Origin: an uncultured Candidatus Rokubacteria bacterium
Lineage (GTDB): Bacteria; Methylomirabilota; Methylomirabilia; Rokubacteriales; DASRDR01
Direction: 5' to 3'
Assembly: GCA_963708025.1 (NCBI GenBank)
Contig: CAVPSB010000013.1
Coordinates: 96,001-160,000 of the forward strand
Length of the DNA stretch: 64,000 nt
The notes beneath the pieces are model-generated. The model worked only from the letters and a program-made list of their open reading frames with translations. It was not told the DNA's origin and searched no databases. Shown here piece after piece: positions 40,888-50,539 of the stretch. Every line of letters begins with the position of its first letter. The first letter of the stretch is position 1. The position numbers and the translations under genes are program-made.

Positions 40888-41122
40888 GAAAACTATTGCT
40901 GTCACTATCGACGAAGGCACCCTGCGGCTCCTGGATGACCTGACCGCCGGGGAGGCACGGCGCCGGACGCGCTCGGCGCTCGTTCGGACCGCCCTCCGGG
41001 AGTTCGCCGAGCGGGAGCTCCGGAGGCAGATCGAGGAGCGCGAGCGAGAGATCTTCCGGCGGAGCAGGAGGCAGCTCGCGCGGGAGGCGCGACTCCTCGT
41101 CGCCGCACAGGCGCGCCCGTGA
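40886..41122 (+). CDS. Ribbon-helix-helix (CopG) antitoxin
   Basis: MKTIAVTIDE..LRLLD...RSALVRTALREF. Confidence 0.85.
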   Translation: MKTIAVTIDEGTLRLLDDLTAGEARRRTRSALVRTALREFAERELRRQIEEREREIFRRSRRQLAREARLLVAAQARP

Positions 41123-41444
41123 CCCGAGGCGAGATCTACCGGACGCGTGAGCGCGTCGCCGAGCGGGGTAGAAAGCCGGGGTTCTACGTCGTGGTCTCAC
41201 GCGCGTTCGTAGCCGAGAACGACGACGTGTCAACCGTCATCTGTGCGCCCGTCTACTCGCAGGTCCTCGGCCTCACGACGGAGGTCGTGCTCGGGCCGGA
41301 TGACGGCCTTCCGAGGACGTCGGCGGTACGCTGTGACTTCCTGATGCTCATGTTCAAGGCCAGGCTGACGCAGTTCGTGTGACGCTCTCCCCCGAGAAGA
41401 TCAGGAGGCTCGACCGGGCCCTGAGCGCCGCCCTCGACCTGTAG
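41119..41444 (+). CDS. PemK/MazF family toxin, frameshift near 41380
   Basis: MTRGEIY, VVVS, TVICAPV, DGLPRTSAVRCD; shifted frame TLSPEKIRRLDRALSAALDL. Confidence 0.85.
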
Positions 41445-41518
41445 CGGTTGGTGCTCGACGGCTGTCCCGGGCGGCCCGAGAGGCCCTCGGGGCCGGCCGT
41501 GCTTCGCGAGCCCCGCGG

Positions 41519-42307
41519 CTAGCCGCCCGGGCGGCGGCGGGCCACCCCGGCGAGGGCGCCGCCGTCCACGCGCAGGTCGGCGCCGGTCGTGAACGACGAC
41601 TCGTCGGAGGCCAGGAAGAGGACGGCGTAGGAGACTTCCTCCGGCCGGGCGCCCCGGCCCATCGGGTAGGCGGCGAAGCGCTCCTTGAGCCACGCCTGGT
41701 CGAGCCCGGCCAGCATCGCCGTGCCGAGCACGCCCCCGGGGGTGACGGAGTTCACCCGGATGTCGGGCGCCAGCGTGACCGCCGCCCCGCGGGTGAGCAG
41801 GTGGACCGCCGCCTTGCTCGCCTGGTAGGCGATCATGAACTCCGTCCCCAGCGCGCCGATGACCGAGGAGACGTTGATGATCGACCCCCCGCCGGCCCGC
41901 CGCATGGCGGGGATCACCCGCTGGATGCCGAGGAACGTGCCGGTCTGGTTCACGCCGATGACCCGGTGCCACTCCTCGAGCGAGCAATCCACCACGCCGG
42001 CGGAGCCGGTGATCCCCGCGTTGTTGACGAGCACGTCCAGCTTCCCGTAGGCCTGCTCGGCCAGGCTCACGGCGGCGTCCCAGTCGTCGAGCCGGGTCAC
42101 GTCGAGGTGCACGTAGCGCGCCTCGAGGCCCGCCTTCCGGAGCTGCGCGGCCGTCTGCTCGCCGGCCTCGTCGAGGATGTCGCCCAGGACCACCCGGGCA
42201 CCGTGCTCGGCCAGCAGCCGGCCATGGCTGGCGCCCTGCCCTCGCGCGCCCCCGGAGATCAGCGCGACCTTGCCCTCGACCCGCCCGCCGCTGCCCGTCG
42301 CCACCAT
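41519..42307 (-). CDS. Short-chain dehydrogenase/reductase
   Basis: SGGARGQG, NNAG, YQASK catalytic motif. Confidence 0.93.
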   Translation of the reverse strand: MVATGSGGRVEGKVALISGGARGQGASHGRLLAEHGARVVLGDILDEAGEQTAAQLRKAGLEARYVHLDVTRLDDWDAAVSLAEQAYGKLDVLVNNAGITGSAGVVDCSLEEWHRVIGVNQTGTFLGIQRVIPAMRRAGGGSIINVSSVIGALGTEFMIAYQASKAAVHLLTRGAAVTLAPDIRVNSVTPGGVLGTAMLAGLDQAWLKERFAAYPMGRGARPEEVSYAVLFLASDESSFTTGADLRVDGGALAGVARRRPGG

Positions 42308-42326
42308 GCTCTCGACTCCTTTGTTA

Positions 42327-42392
42327 TTCGGGACCTCCCGCCTACCCCCCCAGCCCCCCTCCCCCACCCACCGGGGGAGGGGGGAGCCGGAG
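42327..42392. repeat. G/C-tract hairpin repeat, copy 5
   Basis: Nearly identical to 26832-26896. Confidence 0.85.
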
Positions 42393-42403
42393 AACCCGAT
42401 TTC

Positions 42404-43444
42404 TCAGCGGGAACCTGAAGGCGCGCTCCCGTAGGTCAGCGCGATGGCCAGCACGTCGGCCGGGCGCTCGTCCAGGAGACGGAAGGCCTCGGCCGCCTGA
42501 TCGAACGGGACGCGATGGGTGATCATCTGCCCGGTGTGGAGCGACGGCAAGAGCTCGATCGCGGTGGACGTCCGCCGCCGGAAGTCCCACCGCGACGGCC
42601 GCAGGGCCGGGCTCAGGCCGCCGACCATCGTGCTGACGATCTTCTGGCGACCGACGTGGAACTCCGGGGTGAGGACCAGCTCCACCGGGCGGTCGCCGTA
42701 GAACGAGGCGACCACGACAGCCCCCTCGCGACCGGTCGTCCGGATCGCCTGCTGGAGCGCCCCCGGAGCGCCGCTCGCCTCGAAGACGACGTCGGCCCCC
42801 CGGCCGTCGGTCGCCGCGCGGACCGCCCCCTCGACGTCTTCGGGGGCGACCGCGGCGTCGGCGCCGAGCTCCAGCGCGAGCCGCCGCCGCATCGGGAGCG
42901 GATCGACCGCGATCACCCGGCGGGCCGTGCGCCGGGCCAGCTGGGCCAGGAACAGCCCCACCACGCCCTGGCCGAAGACGACGACGACCTCGCCCAGCGA
43001 CACCGGCGCGTCGAGGAGGGCGTTCACGGCGACCTCGGCCAGGTTGAGGAACATGGCCACCTCGGGGTCCATGTCCCCGGGAAGCGCCACCACCACGGCC
43101 CGGTTGTTGTGCTCGACGGGCGCGGTCCACAGGTCCTGGTGCGGGTGGCGCGCGTAGACGAGGTCGCCGGGGCGGTGCGGCGCGCCGGGACCGGCCTCCA
43201 CCACTCGGCCCACGCACAGGTAGGCGAACTTCACCGGGAACCCGGGGCCCCCCGCCATGGTGGGGTGGCCCACGTCCACCTCCGGGGCCGCGTGGCCGCG
43301 ATAGTACTTCAGCTCGGTGCCGGCGCTGATCGCGGAGACGAGCGTCCGCACCGTGACCTCGCGCTCCCCGGGCGGCCGGACCGTCTCGGCCCGAAGCTCG
43401 GCCCGGCGCGGCGCGGTGAACCAGACGGCCCGACCCGTCGTCAT
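42404..43444 (-). CDS. Medium-chain (zinc-binding ADH family) dehydrogenase
   Basis: SAISAGTE, GQGVVG, GADVVFEASG, ITHRVP. Confidence 0.88.
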   Translation of the reverse strand: MTTGRAVWFTAPRRAELRAETVRPPGEREVTVRTLVSAISAGTELKYYRGHAAPEVDVGHPTMAGGPGFPVKFAYLCVGRVVEAGPGAPHRPGDLVYARHPHQDLWTAPVEHNNRAVVVALPGDMDPEVAMFLNLAEVAVNALLDAPVSLGEVVVVFGQGVVGLFLAQLARRTARRVIAVDPLPMRRRLALELGADAAVAPEDVEGAVRAATDGRGADVVFEASGAPGALQQAIRTTGREGAVVVASFYGDRPVELVLTPEFHVGRQKIVSTMVGGLSPALRPSRWDFRRRTSTAIELLPSLHTGQMITHRVPFDQAAEAFRLLDERPADVLAIALTYGSAPSGSR

Positions 43445-44340
43445 GGCGAACCCCCCTGCTGCCCCGCGAGGCGCGGGTCCAGCGCCCGCCGGAGCCCGTC
43501 CCCCACGAGGTTGAAGGCCAGGACGGCCAGGAAGATGGCGGCCCCGGGAAAGATGGAGTACCAGGGATCGATCTCGACGTACTGGTAGGCGGTCCTCAGC
43601 ATCGACCCCCAGGCCGGCGCCGGTGGCGGCACGCCCAGGCCCAGGAAGCTCAGCGCCGCCTCGAAGAGGATCGCCTGGCCCAGCATGACCGACGATTGCA
43701 CGAGCACCGGCGGCGAGACGTTCGGCCAGACGTAGCGGGCCATGATCCGGGGATCGCTGGCGCCGAGCGACCGGGCCGCCTCGACGTACTCGAGCTCGCG
43801 CACGGCCAGCGTCTGCGACCGGACCAGGCGGGCGAAGACCGGGGCGTAGACGATCCCGATGGCGACCATGGCGTTGGCCAGCCCGGGGCCGAGGATCGCC
43901 GCCACCGCGATGGCGAGGACCAGCCCCGGGAACGACCAGAGCGCGTCCGCCGCGCGCATCAGCAGCTCGTCCAGCCAGCCGCCGAAGTGGCCGGCCAGGA
44001 GGCCCATCGGCACTCCGAGGACGAGGGCCAGCCCGACCGAGATCACGCCGGCGGCCAGGGACGGCCGCACGCCGTGGACCAGCCGGGTGAGGAGGTCGCG
44101 CCCCAGCTCGTCGGTGCCCAGGAGGTGCCCGGGGCCCGGTCCGGCGAGGATCGCGTCGTGATCCTGCTGGGTGGGACGGTACGGCGTCACCGCGGGGCCG
44201 ACCAGCGCGGTCAGGAGCAGGAGCCCGATCACCGCCAGCCCGAAGCCCGGCCCGGGGGCCCGCACCATCCGGCGCGGACCCCGGGCGGCGCGGGTGGCGC
44301 GTGAGGGCTCGTGCGCGATGGCCGGACCGAGGGCAGCCAC
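43441..44340 (-). CDS. Peptide/nickel ABC permease (DppC-like)
   Basis: HLLGTDELGRD, EYVEAARSLGAS, EAALSFLGLG. Confidence 0.93.
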   Translation of the reverse strand: MAALGPAIAHEPSRATRAARGPRRMVRAPGPGFGLAVIGLLLLTALVGPAVTPYRPTQQDHDAILAGPGPGHLLGTDELGRDLLTRLVHGVRPSLAAGVISVGLALVLGVPMGLLAGHFGGWLDELLMRAADALWSFPGLVLAIAVAAILGPGLANAMVAIGIVYAPVFARLVRSQTLAVRELEYVEAARSLGASDPRIMARYVWPNVSPPVLVQSSVMLGQAILFEAALSFLGLGVPPPAPAWGSMLRTAYQYVEIDPWYSIFPGAAIFLAVLAFNLVGDGLRRALDPRLAGQQGGSP

Positions 44341-44346
44341 GGGCGG

Positions 44347-45297
44347 TCAGCGGTGGCGGATGCGCGGGTCCACCGCGCCGCACAGAAGGTCGGTGAAGAG
44401 GTTCACCACCAGCACCGCCAGGGCGAACACGAGGATCGCGCCCTGTAGCGCCGAGTAGTCGCGAAAGGCCGCGCTGTCGACGGCCAGACGGGCCAGGCCG
44501 GGCAGCGCGAAGACGGTCTCGACCACCACCGCCGCCCCGAAGACCCGGCCGGTCTGGAGGCCGAAGATGGTGATCACCGGGATGAGGGCGTTCCTCAGCG
44601 CGTGCCGGCCCACGACCTGCCGCTCCGACAGGCCCTTGGCCCGGGCGGTGGTGACGTACTCGCGGTGCAGCACGTCGGCCATGGCCGAGCTCACCTGGCG
44701 CATCAGGATCGCCGCCTGGCCGAGCCCGAGCGTGAGCGCCGGCAGCGCCATGCTCCGGAGATTCGCGGCGGGGTCGGACGCCAGCGACGTGAAGCCGCTC
44801 GCCGGCAGCAGGCGCAGCGCCACCGCGAACAGGTAGATCAGGAGGATCCCCAGCCAGAAATCCGGCATCGCGAGCCCGCCCGTGGCCCCCACCGTCGCCA
44901 CCGCCCGGAGCGCCCGGCCCCGCCGGGCCGCGGACACCACCCCGAGCGGGATGGCCAGCCCGGCGGCGATCAGCATGCCGAGAAGGGTCAGCTCGAGCGT
45001 GATCGGGAGGCGCTGGACCAGCTCGAAGGCGACGGGGGTCTGGCTCCGGACGGACGTCCCCAGGTTGCCCCGGGCCACCTGCTCCATCCAGCGCACGTAC
45101 TGGACGGCGACCGGCCGGTCCAGCCCGAGCTGCCGGTGCATGGCGTCGTACGCCACCTGGTCCCGGGGCGCCGTCTCGCCGAGGAAGGCCAGGACCGGAT
45201 CGCCGGGCATCAGGTGGGCCAGCCCGAACGTCACCACCGACACCAGGAAGAGCGTCGGCAGCATCGTCAGCAGGCGGCGGGCGACGTAGCCGACCAC
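44347..45297 (-). CDS. Peptide/nickel ABC permease (DppB-like)
   Basis: PGDP, YVTTARAKGL, HALRNALIP, VETVF. Confidence 0.93.
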   Translation of the reverse strand: MVGYVARRLLTMLPTLFLVSVVTFGLAHLMPGDPVLAFLGETAPRDQVAYDAMHRQLGLDRPVAVQYVRWMEQVARGNLGTSVRSQTPVAFELVQRLPITLELTLLGMLIAAGLAIPLGVVSAARRGRALRAVATVGATGGLAMPDFWLGILLIYLFAVALRLLPASGFTSLASDPAANLRSMALPALTLGLGQAAILMRQVSSAMADVLHREYVTTARAKGLSERQVVGRHALRNALIPVITIFGLQTGRVFGAAVVVETVFALPGLARLAVDSAAFRDYSALQGAILVFALAVLVVNLFTDLLCGAVDPRIRHR

Positions 45298-45353
45298 GCG
45301 CGATGGGCTTCAGGCGGATCCGGGGCCGGCGCGCCGGGGCGACGGCCCGGAGG

Positions 45354-46956
45354 CTACTTGCTCAGCCACACCTCGGAGAAGTCCGGGATGCCGAACTCGA
45401 CGGCCAGCCCCTCCATCTTCGCGCTGACCACGTAGTTGAAGGGCAGCGAGTACCCGGTGCCGAGGTAGGCCTGCTCCTGGAGGCGGGCCAGCACCTTGCG
45501 GTAGGCGCCGGCCCGGGCCCTGGCGTCCAGCACCTCGTCGGCGTCCTTCATCAGCTTGTCGACGGTGGGGTCCTTGAAGCCCGCCCAGTTGTAGGGGCCG
45601 TCCGACATGACGTTGGAGGCGATCTGCACCGGGTCGGCGTGGTTGGGGGTGTTCCGGGAGAACATGGCCTGGTAGTTCATCCCCTTGACCGCGTTGATCC
45701 AGGTCAGGCGCTCCATCGCCCGGAGCGTCGTCTTGATCCCGACCTTGGTCCACATCTCCGCCGCGAACTGGCCGATCGTGACCTCGGGCTCCCGCTGGAT
45801 GACCAGCAGCTCGATCTCGACCCCGTTGGAATGGCCGGCTTCCTTCAGGAGCTGGCCGACCCTGGCCGGGTTGTAGTCGTACTTGACGATGCCCTCGTCG
45901 TAGCCGGGCATGTTCGGCGTCCAGTATGGATAGTAGCGGGGCTTGGCGTAGCCGAAGCCAACCACCTTGGCCATCCCCTCGCGGTCGATGCCGTGGAGGG
46001 CGGCCTGCCGGACGCGGAGGTCGTTGAACGGCGGCTTGTAGATGTTCATGCCCATCTGGAAGTACGTCGGCCCCGCCCAGGGCCACTCGATCAGCTTGAG
46101 CCGGGGGTTGGCCCGGAGGACGCGCAGCTGGTTGGCCGGCATGTTCTCGGCGGCGGTGAGCTGACCGGACTGGAGGTCCGGCACCGCGACGGTGAGGTCG
46201 GGGATGTACCGGGAGACGAAGCTGTCGATGTACGGGAGGGGCTTCCCGTCGGCGCCGCCGCGCCAGTAGTCCGGGTTCCGCTCGAGGACCAGCCGGTCGT
46301 CCGTGACCCACTGCTTGAACCGCATCGGGCCGGTCCCGCTCGGCGTGCGCGCGACCCCCTCCTCGCCGAGCTTGTCGAAGGCGGCCTTGGACATCATGCC
46401 CATGAGGCCGAAGTTCCCCCCCGAGACCCGGAACGGGAGCGCCCCCGACGGACCCTTGAGCCGGACCCGCAGGGTGGTGGCGTCGGGCGTCTCGATGGCG
46501 GCGACGTCGGTGAGGTAGGACTTCGAGAAGGACTTGGGGTGATCGCGGAGCCGCTCCAGGTTCCACTTGGCGACGGACGCGTTGAACTCGCTGCCGTCGT
46601 GGAACTTCACGCCTCGGCGCAGGCGGAAGACGACGGTGCGGGGATCGGTCTGCTCCCACGACTCGGCCAGCCCCGGCCGGAGCTCGAAGGTCTCGGCCTT
46701 GGAATCGGTCATGTCGTAGCGGAGGAGGTAGTCGAAGAGCATGTGGTACCCGGCCGGCAGCGAGTAGGACGACAGGTGCACGTCGAACGTCGGGTAGGTG
46801 AAGGCCTGCGCCTGCACCACCTCGCCCCCGCGCTGGATCGCGCGGGCGCCCGGCCGGCTGCGCCGGGACGCCCCGGGGCACGGCGGTCAGGCCGAGCAGG
46901 GTGAGACCGCCACCGAGGAAGGACCGCCGGCTCGTGGTCGCGGGCACGTGGCGCAT
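45354..46956 (-). CDS. Family 5 ABC substrate-binding protein, Tat signal, frameshift near 46830
   Basis: SRRSFL; LAESW, LRRGVKFHDGS, GTGPM, ERNPDYW. Confidence 0.9.
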
Positions 46957-47090
46957 GCTGTGACTCCTCCGTCTCGAGGCTTGCCGGAGCCAAGGAAGCG
47001 TACGAGCACTAGAGCATCCGGCGCGGCGGAGTGTCAAGCCCGCGTCGCTCGGGTTGCGGTCCGCTGGCGCCCGTAGTACCGTCGGCGACG

Positions 47091-48005
47091 ATGCCCGGCG
47101 CCGCCGATCTCCTCTACTCCGTCTCGCAGCTCTCGACGCCGCGTAACACCTTCGCCGAGGACGTCGCCCAGCTGGCCCGGACCGGCGCCCGGGGCATCGG
47201 CGTCTGGGAGACGAAGCTCCCGCCGGAGGGCGACGCGGCGGCGCTGGAGCTGCTCGCCGGCGCCGGCCTGGCCGCGACCCTCTGCGTGCCGGCGCTCTGG
47301 ACCATCCTGCCGTCGCGGCTCGGACCCGAGCCCGCGGATCCGGCTCGGCGGCTGGAGCTGATCTGCGCGAGCATCCGCCGGCTGGCCCGCTTCCGGCCCG
47401 TCGCCTACCTGATCTGCGGCGGCGCCATCGGCGAGCGCACGCCGGCCGCCGCGCTCGACGTGGTCGCCCGCCACCTCGCCGTCATCGCCGGCGTCGCCGC
47501 CGAGGTGGGCGGGGTGGTCGGGCTCGAGCCGATCCGGATCGGCGCCGGGAGCATCGGGCCGATCGTCAACACGATGGCCGAGGCCGCGTCGCTGCTCGAG
47601 GCCGTCGGGCGGGCGAACGTCGGGGTCGTCTGGGACGTCTGGCACCTCTGGGACGAGCCGGGCCGGGACCGCCTGATCCGGGAGCACGTCGACCGCATCG
47701 TCGCGGTCCAGGTCAACGACCGGCGCGAGCCCACCCGGGGCTGGTGCGACCGGGCCCTGCCGGGCGAAGGGGGCGCCGACTTGCCCGGCATCCTGGCGGC
47801 CCTGCTCGAGAGCGGCTATCGCGGCTGGTACGATCTCGAGATCTTCTCCGACGACGGCCGGTACGGAACCGCGTACCCCGATTCCCTGTGGGCGCTGCCC
47901 CACGAGGAGATGCTCGGCCGGGCGCGGCGGTCGTTCGAGCGAGCGTGGACCCAGGGCCGCGAGCGCGCCGCCGGGCGCGGCGCCAAACGCGGCGAAGGTG
48001 GGTGA
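47091..48005 (+). CDS. Sugar phosphate isomerase/epimerase family TIM barrel
   Basis: GLEPI, DVWHLW, VQVND, RALPGEG, LEIFS metal ligands. Confidence 0.88.
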   Translation: MPGAADLLYSVSQLSTPRNTFAEDVAQLARTGARGIGVWETKLPPEGDAAALELLAGAGLAATLCVPALWTILPSRLGPEPADPARRLELICASIRRLARFRPVAYLICGGAIGERTPAAALDVVARHLAVIAGVAAEVGGVVGLEPIRIGAGSIGPIVNTMAEAASLLEAVGRANVGVVWDVWHLWDEPGRDRLIREHVDRIVAVQVNDRREPTRGWCDRALPGEGGADLPGILAALLESGYRGWYDLEIFSDDGRYGTAYPDSLWALPHEEMLGRARRSFERAWTQGRERAAGRGAKRGEGG

Positions 48006-48010
48006 GCGGG

Positions 48011-49222
48011 ATGGAGTACGTCGCGTGCGACGTGGAGCTGGTCGGCTACCACGACCTCGGCGGCAAGCCCGGCTTCAAGATGGCCCTGCAAGTCGTGGGC
48101 GGCCGCTGGTACCTCTACCTCGGGCACCTGTGGCACCGGCAGTGGTCGATCCTCGACGTCACCGATCCCGCCGCTCCGAGGACGGTCGGGGAGATGGCCG
48201 GCCCCGACAACACGTTCACGATCCAGATCCAGGCCGCCGACGGCACGCTGATCACGGCGCTCGAGCACTGCCCACCCGGCTGGGGCGGCGACCCGCAGCG
48301 GCCGGCCGAGGAGGGCGTCCTGATCTGGGACCTGGTCGATCCCGTCCGGCCGCGGCGCCTCGCCCACTGGCGCACCGGGGGGACGGGCACCCACCGGAAC
48401 TACTACGCGGGCGGACGCTACGCCCACCTGGCCGCTGGCCTGCGCGGGTTCAATCGCCACGTCTACGTGATCCTCGACCTGGCGGATCCGGCGCAGCCGC
48501 GCGAGGCGGGACGCTGGTTCCTGCCCGAGCAGTACCTGGCCGGCGGCGGCAAGCCGGCCGGCGTTCCCGCGCTCCACGGGCCGGCGGCCATCGAGGGCGA
48601 CCGGGCCTACCTGCCCTACGGGGCGGCCGGGATGGTCATCCTGGACGTCTCGGACGTCGGGGCGCCCCGGCTCGTGAGCCGCCTCGACTTCGGCGCCGCG
48701 TTCGGGAGCTGGCTCGGCATCCACACCGTGGTGCCGCTGCCGCGGCGGGGGCTCGCCGTGGTGAACACCGAGGCCATCGCCGAGGACTCCGACGAGCCGC
48801 TCAACTTGGCGGCGATCGTCGACATCTCCGAAGGAGACGGCGCCGCGCGTCCTGTCGCTGTTCCCGGTCCCCGAGCCCCCGCCGGGGGCGCCCTACCCGA
48901 ACTTCCAGCGGCGCGGCGGCCGCTTCGGGCCCCACAACCAGCACCACTGGCAGCACCAGCCCCACCTGCTGGACCGGGACGACCTCGTGTACCTGACCTA
49001 CTTCAACGCCGGGCTGCGCGTCTACGACATCCGGCGACCCCTACCTGCCGCGCGAGGTCGGCTACTTCCTGTCCGCCGACCCGGTCGAGCGCCGGGGGCT
49101 CCTCCCGAAGACGCTCGTCACCCAGTCCGAGGACGTGCTGGTCGACGCCCGCGGGCTACGCGTACCTCACCGACAAGAACCACGGGCTGCACATCGTCCG
49201 CTACGTCGGCGACCGGGCCTGA
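48011..49222 (+). CDS. LVIVD-repeat beta-propeller protein, frameshifts near 48835, 49035 and 49155
   Basis: WSILDVTDP, YVILDLADP, MVILDVSD, YFNAGLRVYDI; GGRFGPHNQH in shifted frame. Confidence 0.85.
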   Translation: MEYVACDVELVGYHDLGGKPGFKMALQVVGGRWYLYLGHLWHRQWSILDVTDPAAPRTVGEMAGPDNTFTIQIQAADGTLITALEHCPPGWGGDPQRPAEEGVLIWDLVDPVRPRRLAHWRTGGTGTHRNYYAGGRYAHLAAGLRGFNRHVYVILDLADPAQPREAGRWFLPEQYLAGGGKPAGVPALHGPAAIEGDRAYLPYGAAGMVILDVSDVGAPRLVSRLDFGAAFGSWLGIHTVVPLPRRGLAVVNTEAIAEDSDEPLNLAAIVDISEGDGAARPVAVPGPRAPAGGALPELPAARRPLRAPQPAPLAAPAPPAGPGRPRVPDLLQRRAARLRHPATPTCRARSATSCPPTRSSAGGSSRRRSSPSPRTCWSTPAGYAYLTDKNHGLHIVRYVGDRA

Positions 49223-49255
49223 CACCCGCTCCCTCGCCGTTGCGGGCGGGCCCGA

Positions 49256-50230
49256 TCACTTGATGGCGAGCGGGTTGACGGGGGTGCCGACCGCCCCGGT
49301 GATCGGCAGCGGCGCCGCCACCAGCAGGAAGTCGTACTGGCGGTCCTCGGCGCAGGACGCCCCCAGCGCCTCGAGATCGAAGATCTCGCCGAGCAGCATC
49401 CCCATGTACGGGATGCAGATGACGTGGAGCGGCTGGTACACGTCGGCGGTCTCGTTGGGGCGGACCTCGGTGCCCCAGGTGTCGGTGGCGTAACCGGCGA
49501 TCTCGGTGTCGTGCAGCCAGCGCGCGCAGTCGATGGCGAGGCCGGGCGCGGGACCGCCGCAGTAATCACCCCAGGAGCCCCGCGCCCGGACTTGCCCCAT
49601 CTGCCCGGTCCGGATCAGGACGATGTCGCCCCGCTCGATGGCGACGCCCTGCGCCGCGGCGCAGCCGTCCAGGTCGGCGGGGTGGATGGCCTCGCTCGGC
49701 TCCAGCCACGACCGCCCCTTCCAGCGGGCGATGTCGAGCAGGACGCCGCGGGTGACCAGGCGGTCCTTCCAGTTCTCGATCCCGAGGCGCTCGGCCCCCC
49801 AGCTGGCGATCGCGCGGGCCGGCACGCCGTTGTAGAGGTGGCCGTCGTGAATGACGTGGCCGAGCCCGTCCCACTGCGTCCCGCCCTGGAGCGCCAGGAG
49901 GACGACGTCGTCGGTGCCCCGGAACTGCAGGTCGCGTCCGCCGTAAAACTTGTTGATGATGGCGCCGCTCACGGTGTCCCCGCCGTCCCTCAGCATGAAG
50001 TGCATCGGGTTGAAGCGGCCCCACGCCCCGGTCTGGGGCCCGGTGCTGTCGAGCGGGATGGCCAGGGAGAAGGTGCGCCCCTGTCGGACGCAGCGGCTGG
50101 CCCGCTGGATGGTGTCCGGCGTGATGAAGTTCACGGTTCCGACCTGGTCGTCCGGGCCCCAGCGGCCCCAGTTCGACAGCTCTCGCGCCAGCCGCAAGAC
50201 GTCCTCGACTCCGGGGCGGTCGTCAGCCAT
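49256..50230 (-). CDS. Cyclase family (kynurenine formamidase-like) metal hydrolase
   Basis: NWGRWGPDDQVGT, GTQWDGLGH, RGVLLDI, GDIVLIRTG, GTPVNP. Confidence 0.9.
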   Translation of the reverse strand: MADDRPGVEDVLRLARELSNWGRWGPDDQVGTVNFITPDTIQRASRCVRQGRTFSLAIPLDSTGPQTGAWGRFNPMHFMLRDGGDTVSGAIINKFYGGRDLQFRGTDDVVLLALQGGTQWDGLGHVIHDGHLYNGVPARAIASWGAERLGIENWKDRLVTRGVLLDIARWKGRSWLEPSEAIHPADLDGCAAAQGVAIERGDIVLIRTGQMGQVRARGSWGDYCGGPAPGLAIDCARWLHDTEIAGYATDTWGTEVRPNETADVYQPLHVICIPYMGMLLGEIFDLEALGASCAEDRQYDFLLVAAPLPITGAVGTPVNPLAIK

Positions 50231-50310
50231 TCTCCGATTCTCCGTGCGGGGTCCGGGAGCGCCGGCCCGCGTCCAGTTGGTCCTCGCAACCGTTGGGGTC
50301 GTCCTCCCTC

Positions 50311-50339
50311 TTGACGCCGGAAGGACGGAATGCCAGAAT
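50311..50339 (+). promoter_or_regulatory. Putative sigma-70 promoter
   Basis: TTGACG-N17-CAGAAT with TGn extension. Confidence 0.5.
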
Positions 50340-50539
50340 CCCGCATCCAAAGCGCATTGTAATCCCGCTCACCGGCCGGCCGCCGACCGCGCGGAAGACG
50401 GCATCCCCGAGCTCCTCTTCGGCGCGGCCCCTGCTGGTGCGGCAGCCTCGGGGTCAATCGACCCGGACGGCGGTGGGCACCATCGGGTCAGGCGCCGGCG
50501 CCCGGCGGGGCCCGGCGCCGAAAGACGACGGGAGGCGGC

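Noticed and set aside
50340-50539. Possible riboswitch in the long leader of the NMT1-family transporter
   Set aside because: GC-rich hairpins exist, but no TPP (CUGAGA) or other recognisable aptamer core; an Rfam scan would be needed.
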